DNA of 64,000 bases from an uncultured Acidobacteriaceae bacterium (GTDB taxonomy: Bacteria; Acidobacteriota; Terriglobia; Bryobacterales; Bryobacteraceae): NCBI GenBank assembly GCA_963730795.1, contig CAVSTJ010000002.1, positions 17,007 to 81,006 on the forward strand. Reading direction: 5' to 3'. The notes below the pieces were generated by a model. It ran no database searches, had not been told where the DNA came from, and was given only the letters and a program-made list of their open reading frames with translations. This document shows, in pieces, positions 9,200-18,352 of this stretch (position 1 is the first letter of the stretch; every line of letters begins with the position of its first letter). The translations under genes and the position numbers were made by a program.

Positions 9200-11434
9200 A
9201 TGCAAGACCGTCCTTCATCGCCGCCCAATAACGATGTCGTCTTTGAACAAACCGAGAGCGAAGACGCAAGAACGGTTCAGCGATTTACATTGCGCGACTT
9301 TCTTACCGTTATCTTTCGTTATAAGTGGCTGTTGATCTGTACTTTGTCGGCTACCGTACTCGGCACATTGGGGTGGCTCTGGATACGCTCGGATGATTAT
9401 GAGACCTCTGCAAAGATAATTATTAAGTTCACGCGTGAATCTTCCGATCCGAGGACATCTCTGTCCCCTTCAACGACTCGGGTCTTACCGCATGAGATGC
9501 CGGACATCAATACCGAAGCGGAGTTGATCAAAAGCTATGCTCTGGTGAGCCAACTGGTCAGGTCCTTGCATCTCGACGCGCCGGCGCCGACAATTCCTCC
9601 TTCGGCGCTGGTCCCACGGATCAAGTTTGAGGCAAAACGGCTGTATCACCGCGCGGCCGATCAGTTAGAAGCTGTCGAGATTGGATTCGGACTCAAAGAT
9701 TCCCTCACTCTTAAAGAGAAAGCAGTGGTCCAAATTGTCCGCGGCCTTAAGGTGGAAACCGTAAAGGACTCCAGCGTAGTGAAAGTCACGTTGGTGTCCC
9801 CGATTAAGCAGGGCGCCGGATTAATAGTCAACACGTTGATCGATTCGTACAAGGAAAGCCGCTTGAAGTTGGGCCACATTTCAGGCGAGGCCAGTTTCTT
9901 CAATGAGCAGGCACAAGTGTCCGGGAAGCAGTTGCATGACGCGGAAGAAAAGCTCGCATCCCTTAAGGGGCATTTTGATATTTCCTCGCTGGCTGAACAG
10001 ACAAGCCTCATCTTGAAAACCCGCTCTGATGCTCAGCGAGCCGCTCTCGAAACGGAAAACATCGTCACCGCAGCCGAGGCAAAGGCAGAGTTGCTACAGC
10101 GCCAGATCCAGCAATTGTCCCCAACGCTTGTGACCAGCAAGATGAGCCAGCGCAACGAACAGTTGGACCATCTTGCACAACGTAAGGCCGAGGCCGAACT
10201 GGAACGACAGAAACTGCTTTCCAAATATGAATCCGGCAGCCCTCTGATCGAGGATACGAACGCGCAGCTAGCGAAGATGGACCAAATGCTCGCTCACACG
10301 CAGGAGACTGTCGAACAGTCTCAAACCACGGCGGTTAATACAAATTACCTAGACACGCAGAAAGCACTTCTTGAGACGAACCAGTTCCTGGCGAGTTCCA
10401 GGGCAAAGCTTGAGGGCGAGCGAAAGACGTTAGCTGACTATGACGATCAGCTTGTCAAGCTGCGTTCCGCCGAGGTCTCATGGAATGAGCTTACGCGGGA
10501 AGTAGCGCTCGCCGATGAGAACTACCGGCTTCACAGGCGAAACGCCCACGAAGCGAAGGCCTCTGAGGCTCTTGATTCTCACAACATATCGAGCATCGAG
10601 GTGGTAGACCCCGCAGTAGATCCGATCGTCTCCTCCGGCATACGAAAAACCTATCTCGTAGGGAGTGCGCTGGCTATTGGAATGTTACTGGCGATCGGCT
10701 TAGCTTTTCTCTTCGATTCGCTCGATCACAGCGTCGGCAACACAGAGGACGTCGAGACTTATCTCGGTAGCCCGTTATGGGGTTCTGTTTCTCTCGATCG
10801 CCGAGCTCGCAGCGCCGCAGATGTGGTCAGCAGTTCTAGCGCGGACTTCCTGCCTTTGGCGGCTAAGCTCGAGAGCGCACGCCGAACCAAGAATTGCGCT
10901 GTGTTTGTGTTTCAGGCGGCCAGCGCTCGGGCGGGAGCAACTACGGTGGTGAGCGGCGTAGGAACTGCCTTGTCACGCGACTTTGGACGGAAAACGCTGA
11001 TTGTCGATCTGGAGTCTGGACCGGTGTTGGCAGCCATGAAGCATGTCGCGGGATCGCCGCGGCAGGTTTCGCTCAGTCCAGAGGTGAAAGCGGACTTTTG
11101 GGAAGTTTGTTCGACTCTGTCTGTGGTGTCTCTCCGCGGTTCGAATCCAGGAATACTGCCCTCGTTCCCTAAAGAAATACCTTCTGTTCTGGGAAGCTTC
11201 CCTGACTGCGAGTTTCTTCTTGTCGATGCCGGTGTTTCCATGCCCGCTTATCTTCGTACCAAGCTGGGCCAGACCTCCAATGGCGTAGTCGTTGTGGCGC
11301 GGTGGCAGAGCACCCGTACCGAAGTGCTGGAACGGCTGAAAGAAGAGGCAAAGAGAGACAAAATTTCGATCGTGGCCGGCGTTCTGAATAGGAGGCGGTT
11401 CATGATTCCGGAATCCATTTATCAGATGTTGTAG
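9200..11434 (+). CDS. Wzc/GumC-like polysaccharide co-polymerase with degenerate C-terminal kinase-like domain
   Basis: Two TM segments (LLICTLSATVLGTLGWLW; LVGSALAIGMLLAIGLAFLF) flank a long coiled-coil periplasmic region. The C-terminal P-loop-like domain reads AASARAGATTV where GxxxxGK[ST] is expected. There is no terminal Tyr cluster. Confidence 0.8.
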   Translation: MQDRPSSPPNNDVVFEQTESEDARTVQRFTLRDFLTVIFRYKWLLICTLSATVLGTLGWLWIRSDDYETSAKIIIKFTRESSDPRTSLSPSTTRVLPHEMPDINTEAELIKSYALVSQLVRSLHLDAPAPTIPPSALVPRIKFEAKRLYHRAADQLEAVEIGFGLKDSLTLKEKAVVQIVRGLKVETVKDSSVVKVTLVSPIKQGAGLIVNTLIDSYKESRLKLGHISGEASFFNEQAQVSGKQLHDAEEKLASLKGHFDISSLAEQTSLILKTRSDAQRAALETENIVTAAEAKAELLQRQIQQLSPTLVTSKMSQRNEQLDHLAQRKAEAELERQKLLSKYESGSPLIEDTNAQLAKMDQMLAHTQETVEQSQTTAVNTNYLDTQKALLETNQFLASSRAKLEGERKTLADYDDQLVKLRSAEVSWNELTREVALADENYRLHRRNAHEAKASEALDSHNISSIEVVDPAVDPIVSSGIRKTYLVGSALAIGMLLAIGLAFLFDSLDHSVGNTEDVETYLGSPLWGSVSLDRRARSAADVVSSSSADFLPLAAKLESARRTKNCAVFVFQAASARAGATTVVSGVGTALSRDFGRKTLIVDLESGPVLAAMKHVAGSPRQVSLSPEVKADFWEVCSTLSVVSLRGSNPGILPSFPKEIPSVLGSFPDCEFLLVDAGVSMPAYLRTKLGQTSNGVVVVARWQSTRTEVLERLKEEAKRDKISIVAGVLNRRRFMIPESIYQML

Positions 11435-11446
11435 CGCTTAGGACTC

Positions 11447-12472
11447 ATGGAGCACACTCCCCAGATCACATTCGTCGTACCCGTGCGAAACAATCGCACA
11501 GTTGTGGGCAAAACCTTGGAAAGCATCCAGGCGCAAACGGTGCGCGACTTTGCCTGCTTCGTGATCGACGGCGGCTCAGAGGATGGGACTACGGATTTTG
11601 TTCGCAAAGAGTTCCCGTGGACCCAGGTAGTCTGCAAAGTGTCGGACTCAGGTCCGGCCGCTAGCCGCAGCATTGGCTTGCGTGCAAGCGCGTCGCCCTT
11701 CACTGCTTTGATCGATAGCGACGTTTCACTCGATCCGAATTGGGCGGAGATCCAACTCAAGCTGATGCGGCAGCGTGAAAGCATTGGCATCGCCGGTTCC
11801 CTTCTCTTGTACAGAAAACACCCCACCATACTTTGTGCCAGCTATGGCGCTATGAATCGGTACGGCGTGAGCTGGGACGGTGGTCAAGGGGAACCGGCGA
11901 ATGTGCATTCTGAATTACGACGCTGCCTGTGGGCGAATACATCAGCCATCTTAGTCCGTCGTGCGCTCGTCGAGAGGTCGGGTGTCTTCGACGACATAAT
12001 GTTTGCCGCTGGTGAGGACAGCGATTTCGGTTGGCGAGCTAACATCTGTGGGTTTCAAGTTGTATGTAATCCTGCGGCCATCGCCGTTCACGACGTACAC
12101 GGCACTTTCAACCCGCGCCAAGAGCGTGAGCGAATCCTGTACTTACTGCGCCGAAATCGTATTCGCTCTCTCCTTGTGAACTACCAGCGAACGTCGCTTT
12201 TGCGATATGGAGTTGTCTATCTGGCACTTTCATGTGTGGAACTGGCTTTCCGCCGCGAAAGACGACCGCTACTGCAGGCCATTCTATGGAACATCCGGCA
12301 CCTGTCGGGGACAATCCGTAGACGTTCCGAAGTACAACGTTCCCGCCGGACGCCCGACAGCGAACTTTGGCATCTCTTTGAAAAAGGCTTTCGGGGCCCG
12401 GGTGGCGATGTCATGGCAACCCTGGAAGCCGTCGCGCCCCAATCGACTATTCTGCCGCAAAGGACAACATGA
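11447..12472 (+). CDS. glycosyltransferase family 2
   Basis: FVVPVRNN...VIDGGSEDGT...ALIDSDV...GEDSDFGWR, typical of the GT2 N-terminal domain. Confidence 0.85.
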   Translation: MEHTPQITFVVPVRNNRTVVGKTLESIQAQTVRDFACFVIDGGSEDGTTDFVRKEFPWTQVVCKVSDSGPAASRSIGLRASASPFTALIDSDVSLDPNWAEIQLKLMRQRESIGIAGSLLLYRKHPTILCASYGAMNRYGVSWDGGQGEPANVHSELRRCLWANTSAILVRRALVERSGVFDDIMFAAGEDSDFGWRANICGFQVVCNPAAIAVHDVHGTFNPRQERERILYLLRRNRIRSLLVNYQRTSLLRYGVVYLALSCVELAFRRERRPLLQAILWNIRHLSGTIRRRSEVQRSRRTPDSELWHLFEKGFRGPGGDVMATLEAVAPQSTILPQRTT

Positions 12473-14649
12473 GACGTAGGAGCGCGACTTCGGTCGGGAT
12501 TGCCCTGCTCATTCTGACATCGTTCGGGCGCCCAGTGCACGCCCAGAACGGAAACCTGCTGATCAATGGACAATTTCATGAGGACGGCGGAAGCGATCAC
12601 GGCTGGACATTCGATCCAGCACTTGCCGGAGATGGGACTGTCAACGTGGAGCGGAACGGCCAGGCGCGCTCAGGGTTTGCGTTGCGTTTGTCGCCGAACG
12701 CGAGAAATACGAATAAGGATAAGCCGCTCGGAATCGGTCAGGTCATTTCGATTGGTGAGTGGGCGGGCCGCCGGCTTACTATTCGCGCTTCGATGAAGTG
12801 CGAAGGTGCATTCGGAGTCGTCCTAGCGTTTGCCCTTGACGAAAAAGGAAGGCCGACTCGGAACGTTGTCCTCCGGCAGCTCGACACTACGAGTGAGTTT
12901 CAGGCTCAACAAACTGAACTGGATATCCCCAAACGTGCTGCAAAGTTGCTGTTTGGGGTGGTGACGCCTTCGACCTCCGGATCCGTTTCATTTGCCGACT
13001 TGTATGCGGGGCCGAGCGCGCCTGTTGCGGGCGGGGTACAAAAAGGCCCAGCCCCGGATGTCCAAGCGCCGGACTCCACATCAGCAGGTTCCGCTGTTAT
13101 CGAGATCAATGCATCTCGCGTGCTGCGGCAAATTCCCAACCTGATGTTCGGGACCAACGTCGAATGGGTGCGGGACGGAAACACGTTGTGGGACAAGAGT
13201 ACCTATTCCGCGCGCGACGAAATTGTAAAGCGCGCCAAGGACCTGGGCATCAGTGTCGTGCGCTACCCGGGCGGCGGTTTTGCAGATTACTACCATTGGC
13301 AGGACGGGATCGGACCCATTGAAAGCCGGCCGACCCGCCACTATGTTCTCGATTCTGGTAGTTCGCAAGTCGTTTTCGGAACCCACGAACTCGTGCGGTT
13401 CTGCCGCTCATTGGGTGCAGAGCCGCTCCTTCAAGTTAACGTTGTCACCGGCACTGTGCAGGAGGCGGCCGATTGGGTGGCCTATTGCAATCGCCGCGAC
13501 ATGCCCGAACGCGCCCGGAACGGGTCTCGCGAGCCGTTCCTGATTCGCAACTGGGAAATCGGCAACGAACAGTACATCAAACCGGACCGCAGTCTTCCTA
13601 CGCCCTCCGATTCCTATCTGGATCCCGACGAGTACGCACAGCGATTTAAGCGCTACGCCACTGCAATGCGGGCGGTTGATCCCACTATCCGCATCGGTGC
13701 TGTAAGCGGACATAATTTCGGGCTTTACCGGTTGCTACATGATGAAAATTGGGAGCAAACCCTGCTTGAGCAAACAGCGGGCGAAATCGATTTTCTTTCC
13801 GTTCACAACGGATACGCTCCGCTCGTTGTGGCGGGAAGTCCGCCGGGATCAGTGGAAGACGTCTATGCCGCTATGTTGGCTTTCCCTTTACAGGTCGAGC
13901 GCAATCTGAGGCAGATTGGGGAGGATATCGATAGATACGGCGGCTCGAGGGCTTCCCATATTGGAATAGCCGTGACCGAGTGGGGTCCACTATTTGCTTT
14001 TCTCCCTTCCAGCCCGTACATCGACCACCAGAAGACACTCGCGAGTGGTTTATACGTAGCCAGTTTGATGCAGACCTTCCTGCGAACGCCGCGGGTCGAA
14101 ATTACAAATTTTTTCAAATTGACCGAGGCCAACTTCATGGGGTGGATAAATGGGCCGGATGCCGAACCCAAACCTGTCTACTACGCATTCCAAATGTACT
14201 CCCGGCATTTTGGCACGAAGCTCGTCGAAACCAGCGTTTCCGGGCCGTCCTATAGCTCGAAGCCGATTGGCTTGATCACTCCGGAGGGTCGAGTGCCCTT
14301 TCTCGATTGCGTCGCCTCCCTGAATGAGGACGGTTCCAAGCTCTACGCAATAGTAGTGAATAAGAATCTGCGCGATCCCATATCCACCTCCATCAACATC
14401 AACGGATATGTGCCAAGACGTTCGGCTAGGGTTTGGCTGCTTACCGCCGACAGTCCTGATGCAAACAACGGGCGTGATATGCAAAACCCGGCAAAACAGA
14501 AAGAAGCGTCCGGGAATCCGATGCTCTACTCAGGCCGCCCGGGCACAGTTGTTCCCGCAGCTCAAGATTTCGCGTCGGCCGGTCCGCATTGCAAGTTCAC
14601 GTTTAAATCTCGATCGGTTACTGCCATTGAGTTCACGCGAGTTCCATGA
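12469..14649 (+). CDS. secreted GH51-like (clan GH-A) glycoside hydrolase with N-terminal carbohydrate-binding-like domain
   Basis: Sec signal MRRRSATSVGIALLILTSFGRPVHAQ. VRYPGGGFADYYHWQDGIGP, WEIGNEQY (acid/base Glu) and AVTEWG (nucleophile Glu) parallel alpha-L-arabinofuranosidase GH51 motifs. ATGA overlap with the GT2 gene. Confidence 0.65.
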   Translation: MRRRSATSVGIALLILTSFGRPVHAQNGNLLINGQFHEDGGSDHGWTFDPALAGDGTVNVERNGQARSGFALRLSPNARNTNKDKPLGIGQVISIGEWAGRRLTIRASMKCEGAFGVVLAFALDEKGRPTRNVVLRQLDTTSEFQAQQTELDIPKRAAKLLFGVVTPSTSGSVSFADLYAGPSAPVAGGVQKGPAPDVQAPDSTSAGSAVIEINASRVLRQIPNLMFGTNVEWVRDGNTLWDKSTYSARDEIVKRAKDLGISVVRYPGGGFADYYHWQDGIGPIESRPTRHYVLDSGSSQVVFGTHELVRFCRSLGAEPLLQVNVVTGTVQEAADWVAYCNRRDMPERARNGSREPFLIRNWEIGNEQYIKPDRSLPTPSDSYLDPDEYAQRFKRYATAMRAVDPTIRIGAVSGHNFGLYRLLHDENWEQTLLEQTAGEIDFLSVHNGYAPLVVAGSPPGSVEDVYAAMLAFPLQVERNLRQIGEDIDRYGGSRASHIGIAVTEWGPLFAFLPSSPYIDHQKTLASGLYVASLMQTFLRTPRVEITNFFKLTEANFMGWINGPDAEPKPVYYAFQMYSRHFGTKLVETSVSGPSYSSKPIGLITPEGRVPFLDCVASLNEDGSKLYAIVVNKNLRDPISTSININGYVPRRSARVWLLTADSPDANNGRDMQNPAKQKEASGNPMLYSGRPGTVVPAAQDFASAGPHCKFTFKSRSVTAIEFTRVP

Positions 14650-16139
14650 ACTCAACGGGAATCAGCACTGACTGGGTTAGGCCGGTAACCGGCATTGCGC
14701 TGGGATTGCTCGTCGGGATAACTATCGCAATGGCACGCGAATCATCGCCCAAGGCTTACGGGCCCGCGCTGGCCGGTTTGCTATTTGTCCTGTTGATAGC
14801 GGCTTCTAAATATAGGAAGGAAGTCTGTCTCCTTGCTTTGATAGTGGCGATCCCACTTCCCATGCACGCCTTTTATCAACGGCTGGAGCCCTTGCACGGA
14901 GGCGGGGCAATCGGGATCTACTCGATGGCTCTCGAGGTGCCGCTATTGGCGCTACTGATTCTATGGTTCTTCGATTGGTGGCGTGGCAACGAAGTCCGCA
15001 AACGGTCCGGACTGCTTCCGGCTTTACTGGTTCCCTTTCTGGTGATCGGCGGCATGACGGTTCTCGGCGCTGAGAAGCCATTCTGGGGAGTTTGCGAGTG
15101 GATCCGCTGGGGTAAGGTATTCCTGGTCTTGCTTTACGTGGTTTATCGTTTGCGGGCGGGCCAGGTATTGCTAGCACTCTTTGGGCTCTCCGCGTCCGTT
15201 CTCATCGAAGCCAGTCTGGCCATAGCCCAGGCGGCCACGCGGTCGAACCTAGGGATGGATAAACTCGGCATACTCGGGGCTGGCGGTGAGCAGGCACTTA
15301 CGCAGGATCTCCAATCAGGAACACTCTTCCGCGGAGCTGGTCTTACCGGCCATCCGAACTATCTGGCAGGTTATCTGTTGCTCCTGCTTCCCATCTTCGG
15401 CTTGCTGGCTTGCGCCGACTCAGGGCGCTGGCGGAAGCTGTACTGGACCACCGTTTTTCTGGTCGGCGCAGGTGGACTTGGCGCGACCATGTCACGGGCT
15501 GCCATGGTCAGTTTCGGCGCAGGGTGTGGGCTCGCACTTATTTCGGCCGTTGTATACAGATTCATTCCTGCGCGTAAAGCCTTCCTCATCGCCGCGACAG
15601 GCATCGTTGTCGCCGGAAGCGTGTTCCTGGTGTTTCGCGAGAGCATCATGGATCGTATTCGCACCGATTGGCAACTTTCGTGGGACCTTCGATCACATCT
15701 GAACCACTCTGCGGTTTCGATAGCCACTGATCACGTGATCTTAGGGGTGGGCCTCAACAACTACACGCTCGCTTACCCGGCGTATAACCACGATTTCGCA
15801 GCCCAACTTCTTGCGATGGACAACATGCTGACTGCCGTTCATAACGTCTACTTACTGGTGTGGGCGGAAACGGGAACGTTAGGTCTTGCGGCATTTCTGT
15901 TTTTTCTTGTTGGCTGCATGGTCGCGGCATTCGCGTCGGTCCGTAAACTCGACCGCATAGGACGAGCCGTTATGCTCGGCTTCGTTTTCGGCCTTCTCGC
16001 CGAAATGGCCAACGACTTTACTGAGTTTTCTCTTTGGATCGAAATTTGTATGTATACGCTGGTGTTCGTCGCAGGCATGTTGCCCGCCTTACAAGAGCGT
16101 GCAGCCACCAGCCTCCTTCCTGCCCCGTGCGAATACTAA
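14646..16139 (+). CDS. Wzy/O-antigen ligase family polymerase
   Basis: 497 aa with at least 10 hydrophobic helices. A periplasmic loop (GLTGHPNYLAGYL) is followed by the HNVYLLVWAETGTLGL Wzy_C-type segment. ATGA overlap with the upstream gene. Confidence 0.75.
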   Translation: MNSTGISTDWVRPVTGIALGLLVGITIAMARESSPKAYGPALAGLLFVLLIAASKYRKEVCLLALIVAIPLPMHAFYQRLEPLHGGGAIGIYSMALEVPLLALLILWFFDWWRGNEVRKRSGLLPALLVPFLVIGGMTVLGAEKPFWGVCEWIRWGKVFLVLLYVVYRLRAGQVLLALFGLSASVLIEASLAIAQAATRSNLGMDKLGILGAGGEQALTQDLQSGTLFRGAGLTGHPNYLAGYLLLLLPIFGLLACADSGRWRKLYWTTVFLVGAGGLGATMSRAAMVSFGAGCGLALISAVVYRFIPARKAFLIAATGIVVAGSVFLVFRESIMDRIRTDWQLSWDLRSHLNHSAVSIATDHVILGVGLNNYTLAYPAYNHDFAAQLLAMDNMLTAVHNVYLLVWAETGTLGLAAFLFFLVGCMVAAFASVRKLDRIGRAVMLGFVFGLLAEMANDFTEFSLWIEICMYTLVFVAGMLPALQERAATSLLPAPCEY

Positions 16140-17296
16140 TCACTCACCCATATTGCTGGCCGTATGTCCGCCGCGGTTCTGAGCGATTTCTCGCAGAACT
16201 TTCGGGCTATATGGCCCTGCGCGGTCACGACGTAACCGTGCTCAGCACCAGCCCGGTCGGGGACGAGCGAGAGGTCGTCTCCGGCGTTCACATTGTACGC
16301 AAGCGCCAGATTCCCGTGCACCGCTATGCCGCACCGTTTGCCCGTCCCGAATCGACGTTCTCGAAAGTCTGTGAAGACTTTCTCGCCTGCCACCGATTCG
16401 ATCTCATTCACTGCCTCTACCATTCGGACGTCCTAGGTGCACAGAAAAGCGCCCCCTCCACACCCTGCATCTTCCACCTCACTGGCGTTCCATTCGGGCG
16501 TTGGATCCGCCGGTATCCACTCGAAACGCGTATCGTGCGAAATGCCATCCGCCACGCGTCCCGCATTCTGGTTGTCAGCCAGTATGCTGCACGCCGCTAT
16601 GAGATGGCTTTCGCCAATTTACAGAAACCCGCGCTCGTGTTGCCCATACCCTCCTATACAAAAAGCTTTACCGCTGAACAGCAGCACTCTCGCGAGTTAA
16701 CGAAACCAGTCATCTTATTCATGGGTGCCTTGGACGAACCGCGCAAGGGAGCCCTTCCGCTAGCGAAAGCTTTCAATCTCGTTAAAGAAGATGTTCCCGA
16801 CGCGAGACTCCGATATTGTGGGCGCGATTCAGTCCAGATCCAGTCAGGCATCTTGGCAGCCGTTGATCCTCGTTATCGAGGCGATGTGCAGTTTCTGGGC
16901 TCTGGTAAATTGGACGATCTGCCCGCCATCTACGCTGCGGCGGCGGTGACGGTTCTTCCATCGGTTGAGGAGTCCTTCGGAATGGTGCTGGTCGAGTCGC
17001 TGGCGTCGGGAACGCCCGTGGTGAGCAGTTCCGAGATCGGGAGTGCAGATGTTGTGACACCAGCAACCGGCCGGGTATTTGCGGCCCTTCAAAAGGGAAA
17101 GGCAATGACCAACATCCGCGGTTTGGCACAGTCAATCAAAGACGTAGTCGATTTACAAAGGAATTCCGATCTCCCTTTGCAGTGCCGCGCCGCTGTTCGG
17201 CGGTTCGACTGGAACTTTGTCGGCCGGGATTACGAGCGGCTATATGAAGAGTGTGCGCCTGCAGAAAAGGACGCTCGGCGAAGAGCAAAAGTGTGA
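16127..17296 (+). CDS. glycosyltransferase family 4
   Basis: VRILITHPYCWPYVRRGSERF N-terminus and EESFGMVLVESLASGTPVV. I chose GTG 16127, in frame with track ORF 16034, which limits the overlap with wzy to 13 nt. Confidence 0.8.
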   Translation: MRILITHPYCWPYVRRGSERFLAELSGYMALRGHDVTVLSTSPVGDEREVVSGVHIVRKRQIPVHRYAAPFARPESTFSKVCEDFLACHRFDLIHCLYHSDVLGAQKSAPSTPCIFHLTGVPFGRWIRRYPLETRIVRNAIRHASRILVVSQYAARRYEMAFANLQKPALVLPIPSYTKSFTAEQQHSRELTKPVILFMGALDEPRKGALPLAKAFNLVKEDVPDARLRYCGRDSVQIQSGILAAVDPRYRGDVQFLGSGKLDDLPAIYAAAAVTVLPSVEESFGMVLVESLASGTPVVSSSEIGSADVVTPATGRVFAALQKGKAMTNIRGLAQSIKDVVDLQRNSDLPLQCRAAVRRFDWNFVGRDYERLYEECAPAEKDARRRAKV

Positions 17297-18348
17297 AAAT
17301 CCTCATTGTGCATGAACGGTTCCCGCCGGACTATAACGGAGGCGGCGAGTACGTGATGTTGAGAACCGCGCAAGCTCTGCAGTCGCGGGGCGTGGAGATC
17401 CGTGTGCTCACCACGGGCGATCCATCCGTTCGGGAGTTCGCCGGTATACCAACTCTACGCCTTCCAATCAGCCGCTATCGCCTCAACTTTGCCCGTCGCG
17501 CAGTGGCCGAAGAGGCAAGAGACGTTGACGCAATCCTCACTGCGACGTACCACGGGTGCCTGCCATCCTATTCGGCCGGGAAAGATTGCAAGAAGCCGGT
17601 CATCTGCATTGTGCTCGCTCTGTTCGGAGACGTTTGGAAAACGATGCGGCCACCCTTGATTGGTGAGATGTTTGTGCGCTGGGAGCGCTTCCTCCTGACG
17701 CGTCCTTTCGATCGATGGATTTTTCTAACCGAATTTTCACGCCAGTTTGGGCTCAACAACACAGGGATCCCCGCCGCCCGCTCGACTGTCGCGTCGCCCG
17801 GAATTGAGCTTCCGGAATATGCGCCGGCTAAGCACAAGGAGAACGTTGTCTTTGTAACTGGCAAGCTCGATAAGCGCAAGGGCATTTTTGAAGTGATGGC
17901 AGCCGCAAGAGAGCTTCCCCATGTTCGTTTTCGAATCATGGGGTGGGGGGCCTTACGGGAGAAAGTTGAAGCTCAATCTCCTTCCAATGTCGAGTTTCTG
18001 GATTATAAACGAGGCCAGCCGCTGCGCGCAGAATTTGGAAAGGCCCGCATTTTCCTGTTCCCAACCAGGGGCGAGACGATGGGGGTCGCACTTATCGAGG
18101 CGATGGCTTCCGGATGTGCTGTCATCTCGTCCGTGCCGCTTCCTTTTGACGGACTATCCGTGGCGCCCGGCGACGTACCCGGCATCGTGCAGGCGGTTCG
18201 CGAGTTATGGAACGATCCTGAGCGATGCCGACGGATGGGTGCCCACAATCGGGAGCTAGCTCAGGAGTACTCGTGGGATATCTACACCGACCGTCTAATG
18301 AGTTCGCTGCAGAACTGCCTTGCCAAGCCGCTGGGCGCGGCGGGCTGA
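17293..18348 (+). CDS. glycosyltransferase family 4
   Basis: VKILIVHERFPPDYNGGGEY N-terminus and GETMGVALIEAMASGCAVIS. GTG 17293 forms a GTGA overlap with the upstream stop. Confidence 0.8.
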   Translation: MKILIVHERFPPDYNGGGEYVMLRTAQALQSRGVEIRVLTTGDPSVREFAGIPTLRLPISRYRLNFARRAVAEEARDVDAILTATYHGCLPSYSAGKDCKKPVICIVLALFGDVWKTMRPPLIGEMFVRWERFLLTRPFDRWIFLTEFSRQFGLNNTGIPAARSTVASPGIELPEYAPAKHKENVVFVTGKLDKRKGIFEVMAAARELPHVRFRIMGWGALREKVEAQSPSNVEFLDYKRGQPLRAEFGKARIFLFPTRGETMGVALIEAMASGCAVISSVPLPFDGLSVAPGDVPGIVQAVRELWNDPERCRRMGAHNRELAQEYSWDIYTDRLMSSLQNCLAKPLGAAG

Positions 18349-18352
18349 AGTC

